This document shows positions 1-9,863 of a stretch of DNA of 32,000 nt, one piece after another (position 1 is the stretch's first letter; each line of letters opens with the position of its first letter). Location of the stretch: the NCBI RefSeq assembly GCF_000195955.2, contig NC_000962.3, forward strand, positions 4,230,001 through 4,262,000, read 5' to 3'. The position numbers and the translations under genes are program-made. The notes under the pieces were generated by a model that saw only the letters and a program-made list of their open reading frames with translations, ran no database searches and was not told where the DNA came from. Source of the DNA: Mycobacterium tuberculosis H37Rv. GTDB taxonomy: Bacteria > Actinomycetota > Actinomycetes > Mycobacteriales > Mycobacteriaceae.

Positions 1-100
1 GCGGCACTGGCTGGTGGTGCTGGTGTTGACCGTCGTCGGCTGGATGCTGGCGGCGTTCGCGATGCGGCAGTATCGCGCGCGGGTGCCCTACTGGGTGTAG
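1..100 (+). CDS. C-terminal end of an ABC-2 type polysaccharide/O-antigen export permease (Rv3783/rfbD-like), partial
   Basis: Open frame RHWLVVLVLTVVGWMLAAFAMRQYRARVPYWV* ending at TAG 98-100; one hydrophobic TM helix followed by a YRxRVPYW tail typical of ABC-2 export permeases; position upstream of the Rv3784-like gene. Confidence 0.75.
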   Translation, partial: RHWLVVLVLTVVGWMLAAFAMRQYRARVPYWV

Positions 101-255
101 GGACTATTCCGGCGGCTATAGCCGACCGGCTTCTTTCACGCGGCTTGCGCGTGACGGGCCGCCGTTGATCTCAAGATCGGCTGGCAACGGCCGCGTACCA
201 GCGGCAGCATGGATTAGGTTCACCGTTTGCCGATGAGGCTCAGAGGGCGGGACGG

Positions 256-1236
256 ATGGAAATACTTGTCACCGGGGGCGCGGGCTTCCAGGGAAGCCAT
301 CTGACCGAGTCACTGCTGGCCAATGGGCATTGGGTCACTGTCCTCGACAAGTCTTCGAGGAATGCGGTTCGTAACATGCAGGGATTTCGTTCGCATGACC
401 GCGCCGCGTTCATATCCGGTTCGGTAACCGACGGCCAGACGATCGACCGCGCGGTGCGGGACCATCACGTCGTATTTCACCTGGCCGCGCATGTCAACGT
501 GGACCAGTCCTTGGGCGACCCGGAGAGCTTTCTCGAAACCAATGTCATGGGAACCTACCGCGTCCTGGAAGCCGTCCGGCGCTACAGGAACCGCTTGATA
601 TACGTATCGACGTGCGAAGTCTACGGCGACGGACACAATCTCAAGGAAGGCGAACGACTTGACGAACACGCGGAGCTGAAGCCGAACAGTCCATATGGCG
701 CTTCCAAGGCGGCGGCCGACCGCTTGTGCTACTCGTACTTTCGCTCCTACGGACTCGACGTCACGATCGTCCGTCCGTTCAACATCTTCGGCGTCCGCCA
801 AAAGGCTGGGCGATTCGGCGCGCTGATTCCGCGGCTGGTCCGCCAGGGCATCAACGGTGAAGGCCTGACAATCTTCGGCGCAGGTAGCGCAACCCGGGAT
901 TACCTGTATGTCAGTGACATCGTGGGCGCGTACAACCTGGTATTACGAACTCCAACCCTGCGTGGTCAGGCCATCAATTTTGCCAGCGGGAAAGATACCC
1001 GGGTGAGGGACATCGTCGAGTATGTTGCGGACAAGTTCGGTGCCAGGATCGAGCACCGCGACGCTCGCCCCGGAGAGGTCCAGCGCTTTCCCGCTGACAT
1101 TTCGCTTGCCAAAAGCATCGGGTTCCAGCCGCAAGTCGAAATTTGGGACGGCATCGATCGCTATATCAATTGGGCCAAGGATCAGCCCCAATACCCATAT
1201 GAGCAGGACGGGTTTAGCGGTTCCAGCGTTCTCTAA
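256..1236 (+). CDS. NAD-dependent epimerase/dehydratase, extended SDR (Rv3784-like; dTDP-glucose 4,6-dehydratase type)
   Basis: 326 aa; N-terminal GGAGFQGSHL Rossmann motif, YGASKAAAD catalytic YxxxK, STCEVYG and RPFNIFG motifs of nucleotide-sugar SDRs. Confidence 0.9.
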   Translation: MEILVTGGAGFQGSHLTESLLANGHWVTVLDKSSRNAVRNMQGFRSHDRAAFISGSVTDGQTIDRAVRDHHVVFHLAAHVNVDQSLGDPESFLETNVMGTYRVLEAVRRYRNRLIYVSTCEVYGDGHNLKEGERLDEHAELKPNSPYGASKAAADRLCYSYFRSYGLDVTIVRPFNIFGVRQKAGRFGALIPRLVRQGINGEGLTIFGAGSATRDYLYVSDIVGAYNLVLRTPTLRGQAINFASGKDTRVRDIVEYVADKFGARIEHRDARPGEVQRFPADISLAKSIGFQPQVEIWDGIDRYINWAKDQPQYPYEQDGFSGSSVL

Positions 1237-1319
1237 TACACCCGTCGCCGCCATCGTCTGCCGGTAAAGTGGGCCGAAATGGCGCGGAACTACCAGCTGG
1301 AAGGATTACCTCCCATTCG

Positions 1320-2393
1320 ATGGTGACCGTAGCACGCCGACCGGTGTGCCCGGTGACGCTGACACCGGGTGACCCGGCGCTAGCGTCGGTGCGCGACCTG
1401 GTCGACGCGTGGAGCGCGCATGATGCGCTGGCAGAGCTGGTCACGATGTTCGGCGGCGCGTTTCCGCAGACGGACCATCTGGAAGCGCGGCTGGCGAGCC
1501 TGGACAAGTTCAGCACGGCATGGGACTACCGGGCGCGCGCACGTGCAGCACGAGCGCTCCACGGCGAACCGGTGCGGTGCCAGGACTCCGGCGGTGGGGC
1601 GCGATGGCTGATCCCCCGCCTGGACTTGCCGGCCAAGAAGCGGGACGCGATCGTCGGGTTGGCGCAGCAGCTGGGGCTCACCTTGGAATCGACCCCGCAG
1701 GGAACAACCTTCGACCACGTTCTAGTCATCGGCACCGGACGTCATTCCAACCTGATCCGGGCCCGCTGGGCCCGGGAATTGGCAAAGGGTCGCCAGGTTG
1801 GTCACATCGTGCTCGCCGCCGCATCGCGTCGATTGCTGCCCTCCGAGGATGACGCGGTCGCGGTCTGTGCGCCGGGCGCACGCACCGAATTCGAGCTATT
1901 AGCGGCCGCGGCAAGGGACGCATTCGGCCTGGACGTCCACCCAGCGGTGCGGTATGTGCGCCAGCGGGACGACAACCCGCACCGGGACAGCATGGTGTGG
2001 CGCTTCGCCGCCGACACCAATGACCTAGGCGTTCCGATCACCCTGCTGGAGGCGCCATCGCCGGAGCCCGACAGCAGCCGCGCCACCTCGGCCGACACCT
2101 TCACGTTTACCGCACACACGCTGGGTATGCAGGACTCAACGTGTCTGTTGGTGACCGGGCAACCGTTCGTGCCCTACCAGAACTTCGACGCACTGCGAAC
2201 TCTGGCGCTGCCCTTCGGGATACAGGTGGAGACAGTGGGCTTCGGCATCGACCGCTACGACGGGCTGGGTGAGTTGGACCAACAACACCCTGCCAAGCTG
2301 CTGCAGGAGGTCCGCTCGACGATCCGAGCGGCCCGAGCCCTGCTGGAACGGATCGAGGCCGGCGAGCGCATGGCTACCGATCCTCGGCGGTGA
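1320..2393 (+). CDS. Conserved protein of unknown function (Rv3785-like)
   Basis: Long ORF with the preferred start [12 protein letters not shown] at 1320 (the track ORF extends to 1269); contains [17 protein letters not shown] and [18 protein letters not shown]; no confident family assignment by eye. Confidence 0.8.
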   Translation: MVTVARRPVCPVTLTPGDPALASVRDLVDAWSAHDALAELVTMFGGAFPQTDHLEARLASLDKFSTAWDYRARARAARALHGEPVRCQDSGGGARWLIPRLDLPAKKRDAIVGLAQQLGLTLESTPQGTTFDHVLVIGTGRHSNLIRARWARELAKGRQVGHIVLAAASRRLLPSEDDAVAVCAPGARTEFELLAAAARDAFGLDVHPAVRYVRQRDDNPHRDSMVWRFAADTNDLGVPITLLEAPSPEPDSSRATSADTFTFTAHTLGMQDSTCLLVTGQPFVPYQNFDALRTLALPFGIQVETVGFGIDRYDGLGELDQQHPAKLLQEVRSTIRAARALLERIEAGERMATDPRR

Positions 2394-3597
2394 TGGTGCA
2401 TGGCGTGGCCGGCGGGTAGCTGCCCGATACGGCTCGCAACCGTCCCGGTGGCGGCCACGGCCGTAGTCCCATGTTGGCTAGGTACCGCACCGGATTGACA
2501 TGCCCGTCCTGCGTGCGGACCTCGAAATGCAGATAACCATCTGCCGATTCGCCTTGCGCACCGATGGTGCCCAGTTGCGCTCCCGCGGCGATTCGATCAC
2601 CAAGGACAAGGCGGCCCTCGTCCCCGGGCCGAAATACATAGACAACGTCGAGCTCGCAGCGTGCGATCGTCAGCGACACCAGGCCATCGACCTCGTCGAT
2701 CGCGCTGACGGCCCCGGAAGCGACCGCGTAGACGGGTGTTCCCGGATCGGTGGCGAAGTCGACACCGGGATGGAAACCACCCGCGTGCGGACCGTACCCG
2801 CGGCCGATCGCGCGCGGCTCCCGGTCGATCGGCAGCCGCCCGCCCGGCTCGAGCGGATCGAAGTCGCCGCGGATGCGCCGCCGGTAGTCGGCTTTGAGCA
2901 GGTCGACCTCGTCGAGTGCGTAGCCAAACAACAAAGATCGGTCGTAGGCCACCCCGAAGTTGAACCGATAGTCCGGATCGAGCCGCAGATAGTGCTCCAC
3001 CCTCAAGATCCGTTCCGCCAGCGTCGACCAGCCGCTATGCACCAGCCGAACCCCCGGAAGCTGTCCGATGCGACCGTGATCGGTGATGTTGGCCGGCCAA
3101 TGCGGGTTGTGCATCAGCTTGCCGCCTGCCCGCAGACCCGGGTACCAGCGCCACAACGGTCCACGTAGCGCTTCGGCGGTTCCCATCACCGGAATCAGGT
3201 CGGGATACTCCGGATCATCCCAGCGTGACACCATCGGACACATCAGCGCCACGATGTCGTCCGGTGTGCGGGCTAACACCGCCCGAAGATCGATGTCGGT
3301 CTCGACCAACCAATCGGCATCGACCATCATCACCCAGTCCGGGCGGCAGAAGTCCGCCATCCGATACAGCAGTTCCAGCCCGGCGGACTCAGGAATCAGC
3401 CATGGCGTGGGCGGCAGATCTGGTCGGGCCCGCACCACGTTCGTCACCGCAGGATGGTTCGCCAGGATCTCGGCGGTGTCATCGGTGCTGCGGTCGTCGA
3501 TCACGTAGATGTCGTCGCTGAACACGGCCAACGAGTCCAACGTTGCGGCTAGTGTCCGCCCGGCGTTGTGCGCACGCGTCATCGCCAGAATCCGCAT
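2374..3597 (-). CDS. GT-A/GT2-like glycosyltransferase N-terminal domain fused to an M23/LytM-like C-terminal domain (Rv3786c-like)
   Basis: 407 aa. N-terminus [41 protein letters not shown] plus MMVDADW (DxD-like) resembles GT2; C-terminus [24 protein letters not shown]...GYLHFEVR resembles peptidase M23. Confidence 0.85.
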   Translation of the reverse strand: MRILAMTRAHNAGRTLAATLDSLAVFSDDIYVIDDRSTDDTAEILANHPAVTNVVRARPDLPPTPWLIPESAGLELLYRMADFCRPDWVMMVDADWLVETDIDLRAVLARTPDDIVALMCPMVSRWDDPEYPDLIPVMGTAEALRGPLWRWYPGLRAGGKLMHNPHWPANITDHGRIGQLPGVRLVHSGWSTLAERILRVEHYLRLDPDYRFNFGVAYDRSLLFGYALDEVDLLKADYRRRIRGDFDPLEPGGRLPIDREPRAIGRGYGPHAGGFHPGVDFATDPGTPVYAVASGAVSAIDEVDGLVSLTIARCELDVVYVFRPGDEGRLVLGDRIAAGAQLGTIGAQGESADGYLHFEVRTQDGHVNPVRYLANMGLRPWPPPGRLRAVSGSYPPATPCTITAEDR

Positions 3598-3609
3598 GCC
3601 GCCTCTCTA

Positions 3610-4536
3610 TCACCCCAGAACACAGGTCCAGTAGTTGGGTCTGTCCGCCAATCCAGCGGGAAGGGCGGGCGCCGCGGGCAGATCGTGGGCGGCCAGCAGC
3701 TGCGCGGTGGTGGTCCCCACCGAGCGCCATCCGTGGTTGTCCAGGTAGCCGGACACCTCGTGGCGGGGGCCGGCATAGTTGAGTGCCCAGATGTCCAGAT
3801 GAAAGCCATGCTCTCGCCAGCCTCGGGTCGCGGTGCGGATCATCTCTTCCACCCGAGCGGAATCCCGATCCGCAGAACCGAGGAAGGCCTCGAGGGCCAG
3901 CCGGCTCCCGGGCGCGCTCAAGTCGGTGACGTGGTCCAGCAGACGATTCTGCGCGTCCGGGGGAAGGTATCCGAACAAACCCTCGGCGATCCACGCGGCC
4001 GGCTCGGCCGCATCGAAGCCGCCGCGGCGCAGCGCATCGGGCCAATCGTGACGCAGGTCGGCCGGCACCATCCGCAGATCCGCGGTCGGCTGGGCACCCA
4101 AGCCGGCGAGCGTTTGAGCCTTGAACTCGAGCACCCGAGGCTGATCGACCTCGAACACCGTCGTATCCGCCGGCCATGGCAGCCGGTACCCGCGTGCGTC
4201 GAGCCCCGACGCCAGGATCACCGCTTGCCGAACGCCGGCGGCGGCCGCGTCCAAGAAGAACTGATCGAAGTAGCGGGTGCGCACCACCAACTCGGTCGTC
4301 ATTCGCTGCAAGCCCCAGGCCGCGTCGGGGTCGTCCACATCGGCAGCATCCAGTTCTCCGGTTGCCCATCGGGTGAGGAACTCGACACCCACGGCACGAA
4401 CCAACGGTTCGGCGAACGGGTCGTCGATGAGGGGCTGGGCCGCCCTGGCCGCCCTGGCCCTTCCCGCGGCGACCAGCGTGGCGGTCGCGCCGACACCGGT
4501 GGCTAGGTCCCAGCTATCGTCGTCGGTACGCGCCAC
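3610..4536 (-). CDS. Putative S-adenosylmethionine-dependent methyltransferase, class I (Rv3787c-like, leucine carboxyl methyltransferase/PPM family)
   Basis: [16 protein letters not shown] and [13 protein letters not shown] motifs of the large mycobacterial PPM/LCMT-like SAM-MTase family; the GTG start at 4536 gives [19 protein letters not shown], typical of the family N-terminus. The track ORF extension to 4707 looks non-coding. Confidence 0.9.
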   Translation of the reverse strand: MARTDDDSWDLATGVGATATLVAAGRARAARAAQPLIDDPFAEPLVRAVGVEFLTRWATGELDAADVDDPDAAWGLQRMTTELVVRTRYFDQFFLDAAAAGVRQAVILASGLDARGYRLPWPADTTVFEVDQPRVLEFKAQTLAGLGAQPTADLRMVPADLRHDWPDALRRGGFDAAEPAAWIAEGLFGYLPPDAQNRLLDHVTDLSAPGSRLALEAFLGSADRDSARVEEMIRTATRGWREHGFHLDIWALNYAGPRHEVSGYLDNHGWRSVGTTTAQLLAAHDLPAAPALPAGLADRPNYWTCVLG

Positions 4537-4779
4537 GGATCCATCTTCGGCCCGGTCCGGCCGCCAACGCTCCGCTGTCGACCCGAACAACCGGTTACAA
4601 CTGCGTGACGAATATCGATGACGGCTGCACCTTAAGGGTGTAACACTGAAGCGCCACGAATCCGATTTATCGTCCTGTGGTGATCGGTGAAACGGCACCC
4701 ACAGCACGCTATTAGGTAAACAGCTATCCGGGCGCAGGCGACAACGCAGTCACCGAAGCGCCGCGAAAGGTCGGCGGAC

Positions 4780-5265
4780 GTGAGCGAGAAAGTCGAGTCA
4801 AAGGGGCTAGCGGATGCGGCACGCGATCACCTCGCGGCTGAGTTGGCCCGGCTGCGGCAGCGACGCGATCGGCTGGAGGTCGAGGTCAAGAACGACCGGG
4901 GCATGATCGGCGATCACGGCGACGCGGCCGAGGCGATACAACGTGCCGACGAACTGGCCATCCTCGGTGACCGGATCAATGAACTGGACCGGCGGCTGCG
5001 CACCGGGCCCACCCCCTGGAGCGGGTCGGAAACGCTGCCCGGCGGCACCGAGGTGACCTTGCGGTTCCCTGACGGTGAAGTCGTCACGATGCATGTAATC
5101 TCCGTCGTCGAAGAGACGCCGGTGGGCCGAGAAGCCGAAACCCTGACGGCGCGCAGCCCACTAGGTCAGGCCCTGGCCGGTCACCAACCCGGCGACACGG
5201 TGACCTACTCGACCCCGCAGGGTCCTAATCAGGTCCAGCTGCTTGCTGTCAAGCTGCCCTCATAA
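4780..5265 (+). CDS. GreA/GreB-like RNA polymerase secondary-channel factor homologue (Rv3788-like)
   Basis: 161 aa; N-terminal coiled coil LAAELARLRQRRDRLEVEVKNDRGMIGDHGDAAEAIQRADELAILGDRINELDRRL and C-terminal FKBP-like Gre domain (SPLGQALAGHQPGDTVTYSTPQG). Confidence 0.85.
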   Translation: MSEKVESKGLADAARDHLAAELARLRQRRDRLEVEVKNDRGMIGDHGDAAEAIQRADELAILGDRINELDRRLRTGPTPWSGSETLPGGTEVTLRFPDGEVVTMHVISVVEETPVGREAETLTARSPLGQALAGHQPGDTVTYSTPQGPNQVQLLAVKLPS

Positions 5266-5373
5266 TTCGCACACCGCACCAGGCTCGCCGCCCCCATTAG
5301 ACTTCCCCCGATGATCCGATCGGAGTCTGGTGCCGCGCCGCCACGCCAACACCTGCACCTGTCGGCACAGGTA

Positions 5374-5739
5374 ATGCGGTTCGTTGTCACCGGCGGCCTC
5401 GCTGGGATAGTTGACTTTGGCCTCTACGTCGTGCTGTACAAGGTGGCGGGCCTACAGGTCGACCTGTCCAAGGCCATCAGCTTCATCGTCGGCACCATCA
5501 CCGCGTACCTGATCAACCGCCGGTGGACATTCCAGGCCGAGCCCAGCACGGCCCGATTCGTCGCGGTCATGCTCCTCTACGGAATCACCTTCGCCGTGCA
5601 GGTCGGACTCAACCACCTCTGCCTCGCACTCTTGCACTACCGGGCGTGGGCCATCCCCGTCGCGTTTGTGATCGCGCAGGGCACCGCCACGGTAATCAAC
5701 TTCATCGTGCAGCGAGCCGTGATCTTCCGGATCCGCTGA
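5374..5739 (+). CDS. GtrA-family small membrane protein (Rv3789-like), implicated in decaprenyl-phosphoryl-arabinose/arabinogalactan pathway
   Basis: [24 protein letters not shown]...[10 protein letters not shown]...[10 protein letters not shown] typical GtrA topology; immediately upstream of dprE1. The start could alternatively be 5311. Confidence 0.85.
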   Translation: MRFVVTGGLAGIVDFGLYVVLYKVAGLQVDLSKAISFIVGTITAYLINRRWTFQAEPSTARFVAVMLLYGITFAVQVGLNHLCLALLHYRAWAIPVAFVIAQGTATVINFIVQRAVIFRIR

Positions 5740-5778
5740 GCCGGTCAGGGTCGAATCGGGCGGGTACCCTCTTTGACG

Positions 5779-7164
5779 ATGTTGAGCGTGGGAGCTACCA
5801 CTACCGCCACCCGGCTGACCGGGTGGGGCCGCACAGCGCCGTCGGTGGCGAATGTGCTTCGCACCCCAGATGCCGAGATGATCGTCAAGGCGGTGGCTCG
5901 GGTCGCCGAGTCGGGGGGCGGCCGGGGTGCTATCGCGCGCGGGCTGGGCCGCTCCTATGGGGACAACGCCCAAAACGGCGGTGGGTTGGTGATCGACATG
6001 ACGCCGCTGAACACTATCCACTCCATTGACGCCGACACCAAGCTGGTCGACATCGACGCCGGGGTCAACCTCGACCAACTGATGAAAGCCGCCCTGCCGT
6101 TCGGGCTGTGGGTCCCGGTGCTGCCGGGAACCCGGCAGGTCACCGTCGGCGGGGCGATCGCCTGCGATATCCACGGCAAGAACCATCACAGCGCTGGCAG
6201 CTTCGGTAACCACGTGCGCAGCATGGACCTGCTGACCGCCGACGGCGAGATCCGTCATCTCACTCCGACCGGCGAGGACGCCGAACTGTTCTGGGCCACC
6301 GTCGGGGGCAACGGTCTCACCGGCATCATCATGCGGGCCACCATCGAGATGACGCCCACTTCGACGGCGTACTTCATCGCCGACGGCGACGTCACCGCCA
6401 GCCTCGACGAGACCATCGCCCTGCACAGCGACGGCAGCGAAGCGCGCTACACCTATTCCAGTGCCTGGTTCGACGCGATCAGCGCTCCCCCGAAGCTGGG
6501 CCGCGCGGCGGTATCGCGTGGCCGCCTGGCCACCGTCGAGCAATTGCCTGCGAAACTGCGGAGCGAACCTTTGAAATTCGATGCGCCACAGCTACTTACG
6601 TTGCCCGACGTGTTTCCCAACGGGCTGGCCAACAAATATACCTTCGGCCCGATCGGCGAACTGTGGTACCGCAAATCCGGCACCTATCGCGGCAAGGTCC
6701 AGAACCTCACGCAGTTCTACCATCCGCTGGACATGTTCGGCGAATGGAACCGCGCCTACGGCCCAGCGGGCTTCCTGCAATATCAGTTCGTGATCCCCAC
6801 AGAGGCGGTTGATGAGTTCAAGAAGATCATCGGCGTTATTCAAGCCTCGGGTCACTACTCGTTTCTCAACGTGTTCAAGCTGTTCGGCCCCCGCAACCAG
6901 GCGCCGCTCAGCTTCCCCATCCCGGGCTGGAACATCTGCGTCGACTTCCCCATCAAGGACGGGCTGGGGAAGTTCGTCAGCGAACTCGACCGCCGGGTAC
7001 TGGAATTCGGCGGCCGGCTCTACACCGCCAAAGACTCCCGTACCACCGCCGAAACCTTTCATGCCATGTATCCGCGCGTCGACGAATGGATCTCCGTGCG
7101 CCGCAAGGTCGATCCGCTGCGCGTATTCGCCTCCGACATGGCCCGACGCTTGGAGCTGCTGTAG
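5779..7164 (+). CDS. dprE1: Decaprenylphosphoryl-beta-D-ribose 2'-oxidase (FAD-dependent)
   Basis: 461 aa; FAD-binding [15 protein letters not shown] and [27 protein letters not shown]; C-terminal signature including [11 protein letters not shown] with the benzothiazinone-target Cys387. Confidence 0.97.
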
Positions 7165-7929
7165 ATGGTTCTTGATGCCGTAGGAAACCCCCAGACGGTG
7201 CTGCTGCTCGGTGGCACCTCCGAGATCGGGCTCGCCATCTGCGAGCGCTACCTGCACAATTCGGCGGCCCGCATCGTGCTGGCCTGCCTGCCCGACGACC
7301 CACGGCGGGAGGACGCGGCCGCTGCGATGAAGCAGGCCGGCGCGCGGTCGGTGGAGCTGATCGACTTTGACGCCCTGGATACCGACAGCCACCCGAAGAT
7401 GATCGAGGCGGCCTTCTCCGGCGGTGATGTGGACGTGGCTATCGTCGCGTTCGGCTTGCTCGGCGACGCCGAAGAGCTGTGGCAGAACCAGCGCAAGGCG
7501 GTGCAGATCGCCGAAATCAACTACACCGCAGCGGTTTCGGTGGGCGTGCTGCTGGCTGAGAAGATGCGCGCTCAGGGCTTCGGTCAGATCATCGCGATGA
7601 GCTCGGCCGCCGGTGAGCGGGTGCGACGGGCGAACTTCGTCTACGGCTCCACCAAGGCCGGTCTGGACGGGTTTTACCTGGGGTTGTCAGAAGCGCTGCG
7701 CGAGTACGGTGTTCGTGTGCTGGTGATCCGGCCCGGCCAGGTGCGTACCCGGATGAGCGCGCACCTCAAGGAAGCTCCATTGACCGTCGACAAGGAGTAC
7801 GTCGCCAACCTCGCGGTGACCGCGTCCGCAAAAGGTAAGGAATTGGTTTGGGCGCCAGCAGCGTTCCGCTACGTCATGATGGTGTTGCGTCACATCCCGC
7901 GGAGCATCTTCCGCAAGCTGCCCATCTGA
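7165..7929 (+). CDS. dprE2: Decaprenylphosphoryl-2-keto-beta-D-erythro-pentose reductase (SDR)
   Basis: 254 aa; [11 protein letters not shown] nucleotide-binding motif, [21 protein letters not shown] (YxxxK); start codon immediately follows the dprE1 stop. Confidence 0.96.
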
Positions 7930-7931
7930 GT

Positions 7932-9863
7932 ATGCCGAGCAGACGCAAAAGCCCCCAATTCGGGCACGAAATGGGGGCTTTTACGTCTGCTCGCGCCCGG
8001 GAGGTGCTGGTCGCTCTTGGCCAGCTGGCAGCGGCGGTGGTAGTGGCCGTCGGTGTCGCGGTGGTGTCCCTGCTCGCCATTGCGCGGGTGGAGTGGCCCG
8101 CCTTCCCGTCGTCCAACCAGCTGCATGCGCTGACCACCGTCGGCCAGGTCGGCTGCCTGGCCGGGCTGGTCGGCATCGGCTGGTTGTGGCGGCACGGTCG
8201 ATTCCGGCGACTGGCCCGGCTGGGCGGGCTGGTTTTGGTATCCGCGTTTACCGTCGTGACGCTGGGCATGCCGCTGGGCGCCACCAAGCTGTATCTGTTC
8301 GGCATCTCTGTCGACCAGCAGTTCCGCACCGAATACCTCACCCGGCTCACCGACACCGCCGCCCTGCGCGACATGACCTACATCGGACTGCCACCGTTTT
8401 ACCCACCGGGCTGGTTCTGGATCGGCGGACGCGCGGCGGCGCTGACCGGGACGCCGGCCTGGGAGATGTTCAAGCCGTGGGCGATCACCTCGATGGCCAT
8501 TGCGGTGGCCGTCGCGCTGGTGCTGTGGTGGCGGATGATCCGCTTCGAATACGCCTTGCTGGTCACCGTCGCCACAGCGGCGGTGATGCTGGCCTACAGC
8601 TCGCCGGAGCCCTACGCCGCGATGATCACGGTGTTGTTGCCGCCGATGCTCGTACTGACCTGGTCGGGCCTGGGCGCGCGCGACCGTCAGGGCTGGGCCG
8701 CGGTGGTCGGTGCCGGCGTCTTCCTGGGCTTCGCGGCCACCTGGTACACCCTGTTGGTCGCCTACGGCGCGTTCACGGTGGTGCTGATGGCGCTGCTGCT
8801 GGCCGGGTCGCGGCTGCAATCCGGAATCAAGGCGGCGGTAGACCCGCTGTGCCGGCTTGCCGTCGTCGGCGCGATCGCGGCCGCCATCGGATCCACCACC
8901 TGGCTGCCCTACCTGCTGCGGGCGGCCCGCGACCCGGTCAGCGACACCGGCAGCGCCCAGCACTACCTACCCGCAGACGGCGCCGCACTGACCTTCCCCA
9001 TGCTGCAGTTCTCCCTGCTGGGCGCGATCTGTCTGCTGGGCACGCTGTGGCTGGTGATGCGCGCGCGATCATCGGCGCCAGCCGGCGCCCTGGCCATCGG
9101 CGTGCTGGCCGTCTACCTGTGGTCCCTGCTGTCGATGCTGGCCACATTGGCGCGCACCACACTGCTGTCGTTTCGCCTGCAGCCGACGCTGAGCGTGCTG
9201 CTGGTGGCGGCCGGTGCGTTCGGCTTCGTCGAAGCGGTCCAAGCCCTTGGCAAACGGGGTCGCGGTGTCATTCCGATGGCCGCCGCCATCGGGTTGGCCG
9301 GCGCGATCGCGTTCAGCCAGGACATCCCCGACGTGTTGCGGCCGGACCTGACCATCGCCTACACCGACACCGACGGCTACGGCCAGCGCGGCGACCGGCG
9401 ACCGCCCGGCTCCGAGAAGTACTACCCAGCCATCGATGCCGCCATCCGGCGCGTCACCGGCAAGCGCCGCGATCGGACCGTCGTGTTGACCGCCGACTAC
9501 AGCTTCCTGTCGTACTACCCCTACTGGGGCTTTCAGGGGTTGACGCCGCACTACGCCAACCCGCTGGCACAGTTCGACAAGCGCGCCACACAGATCGACA
9601 GCTGGTCGGGACTCTCCACCGCCGACGAGTTCATCGCCGCGCTGGACAAGCTGCCCTGGCAGCCGCCGACCGTCTTCCTCATGCGCCACGGCGCACATAA
9701 CAGCTACACCCTGCGGCTGGCCCAGGACGTCTACCCCAACCAGCCCAATGTTCGCCGCTACACGGTGGACCTACGGACCGCCCTCTTCGCCGACCCGCGT
9801 TTCGTCGTCGAGGACATTGGCCCGTTCGTGCTGGCCATCCGCAAGCCGCAGGAGAGCGCGTGA
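7932..9863 (+). CDS. aftA: Galactan 5-O-arabinofuranosyltransferase (GT-C)
   Basis: About 643 aa polytopic membrane protein between dprE2 and embC; ATG at 7932 gives [17 protein letters not shown]; the stop TGA 9861-9863 overlaps the embC ATG. Confidence 0.95.
7936..7993 (+). repeat. Hairpin repeat of the GAGCAGACGCAAAAGCCCCC family (TRIT-type terminator-like), copy 1, lying inside the 5' coding end of aftA
   Basis: CGAGCAGACGCAAAAGCCCCCAATTCG-GGCA-CGAAATGGGGGCTTTTACGTCTGCTCG; near-perfect inverted repeat with two mismatches. Confidence 0.9.

Noticed and set aside
4537-4707. N-terminal extension of the Rv3787c-like methyltransferase (365-aa track version)
   Set aside because: The extension [20 protein letters not shown]... 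does not resemble the family N-terminus; GTG at 4536 gives the expected [18 protein letters not shown].
5452-6543. Minus-strand 363-aa ORF opposite the GtrA-like gene and dprE1
   Set aside because: Antisense to clearly coding sequence; composition of the translation (Arg/Gly/Asp/His-rich low-motif) is typical of spurious open frames in GC-rich DNA.
8093-9700. Plus-strand 535-aa ORF inside aftA in another frame
   Set aside because: Overlaps the multi-TM aftA frame; translation lacks membrane or domain signatures.
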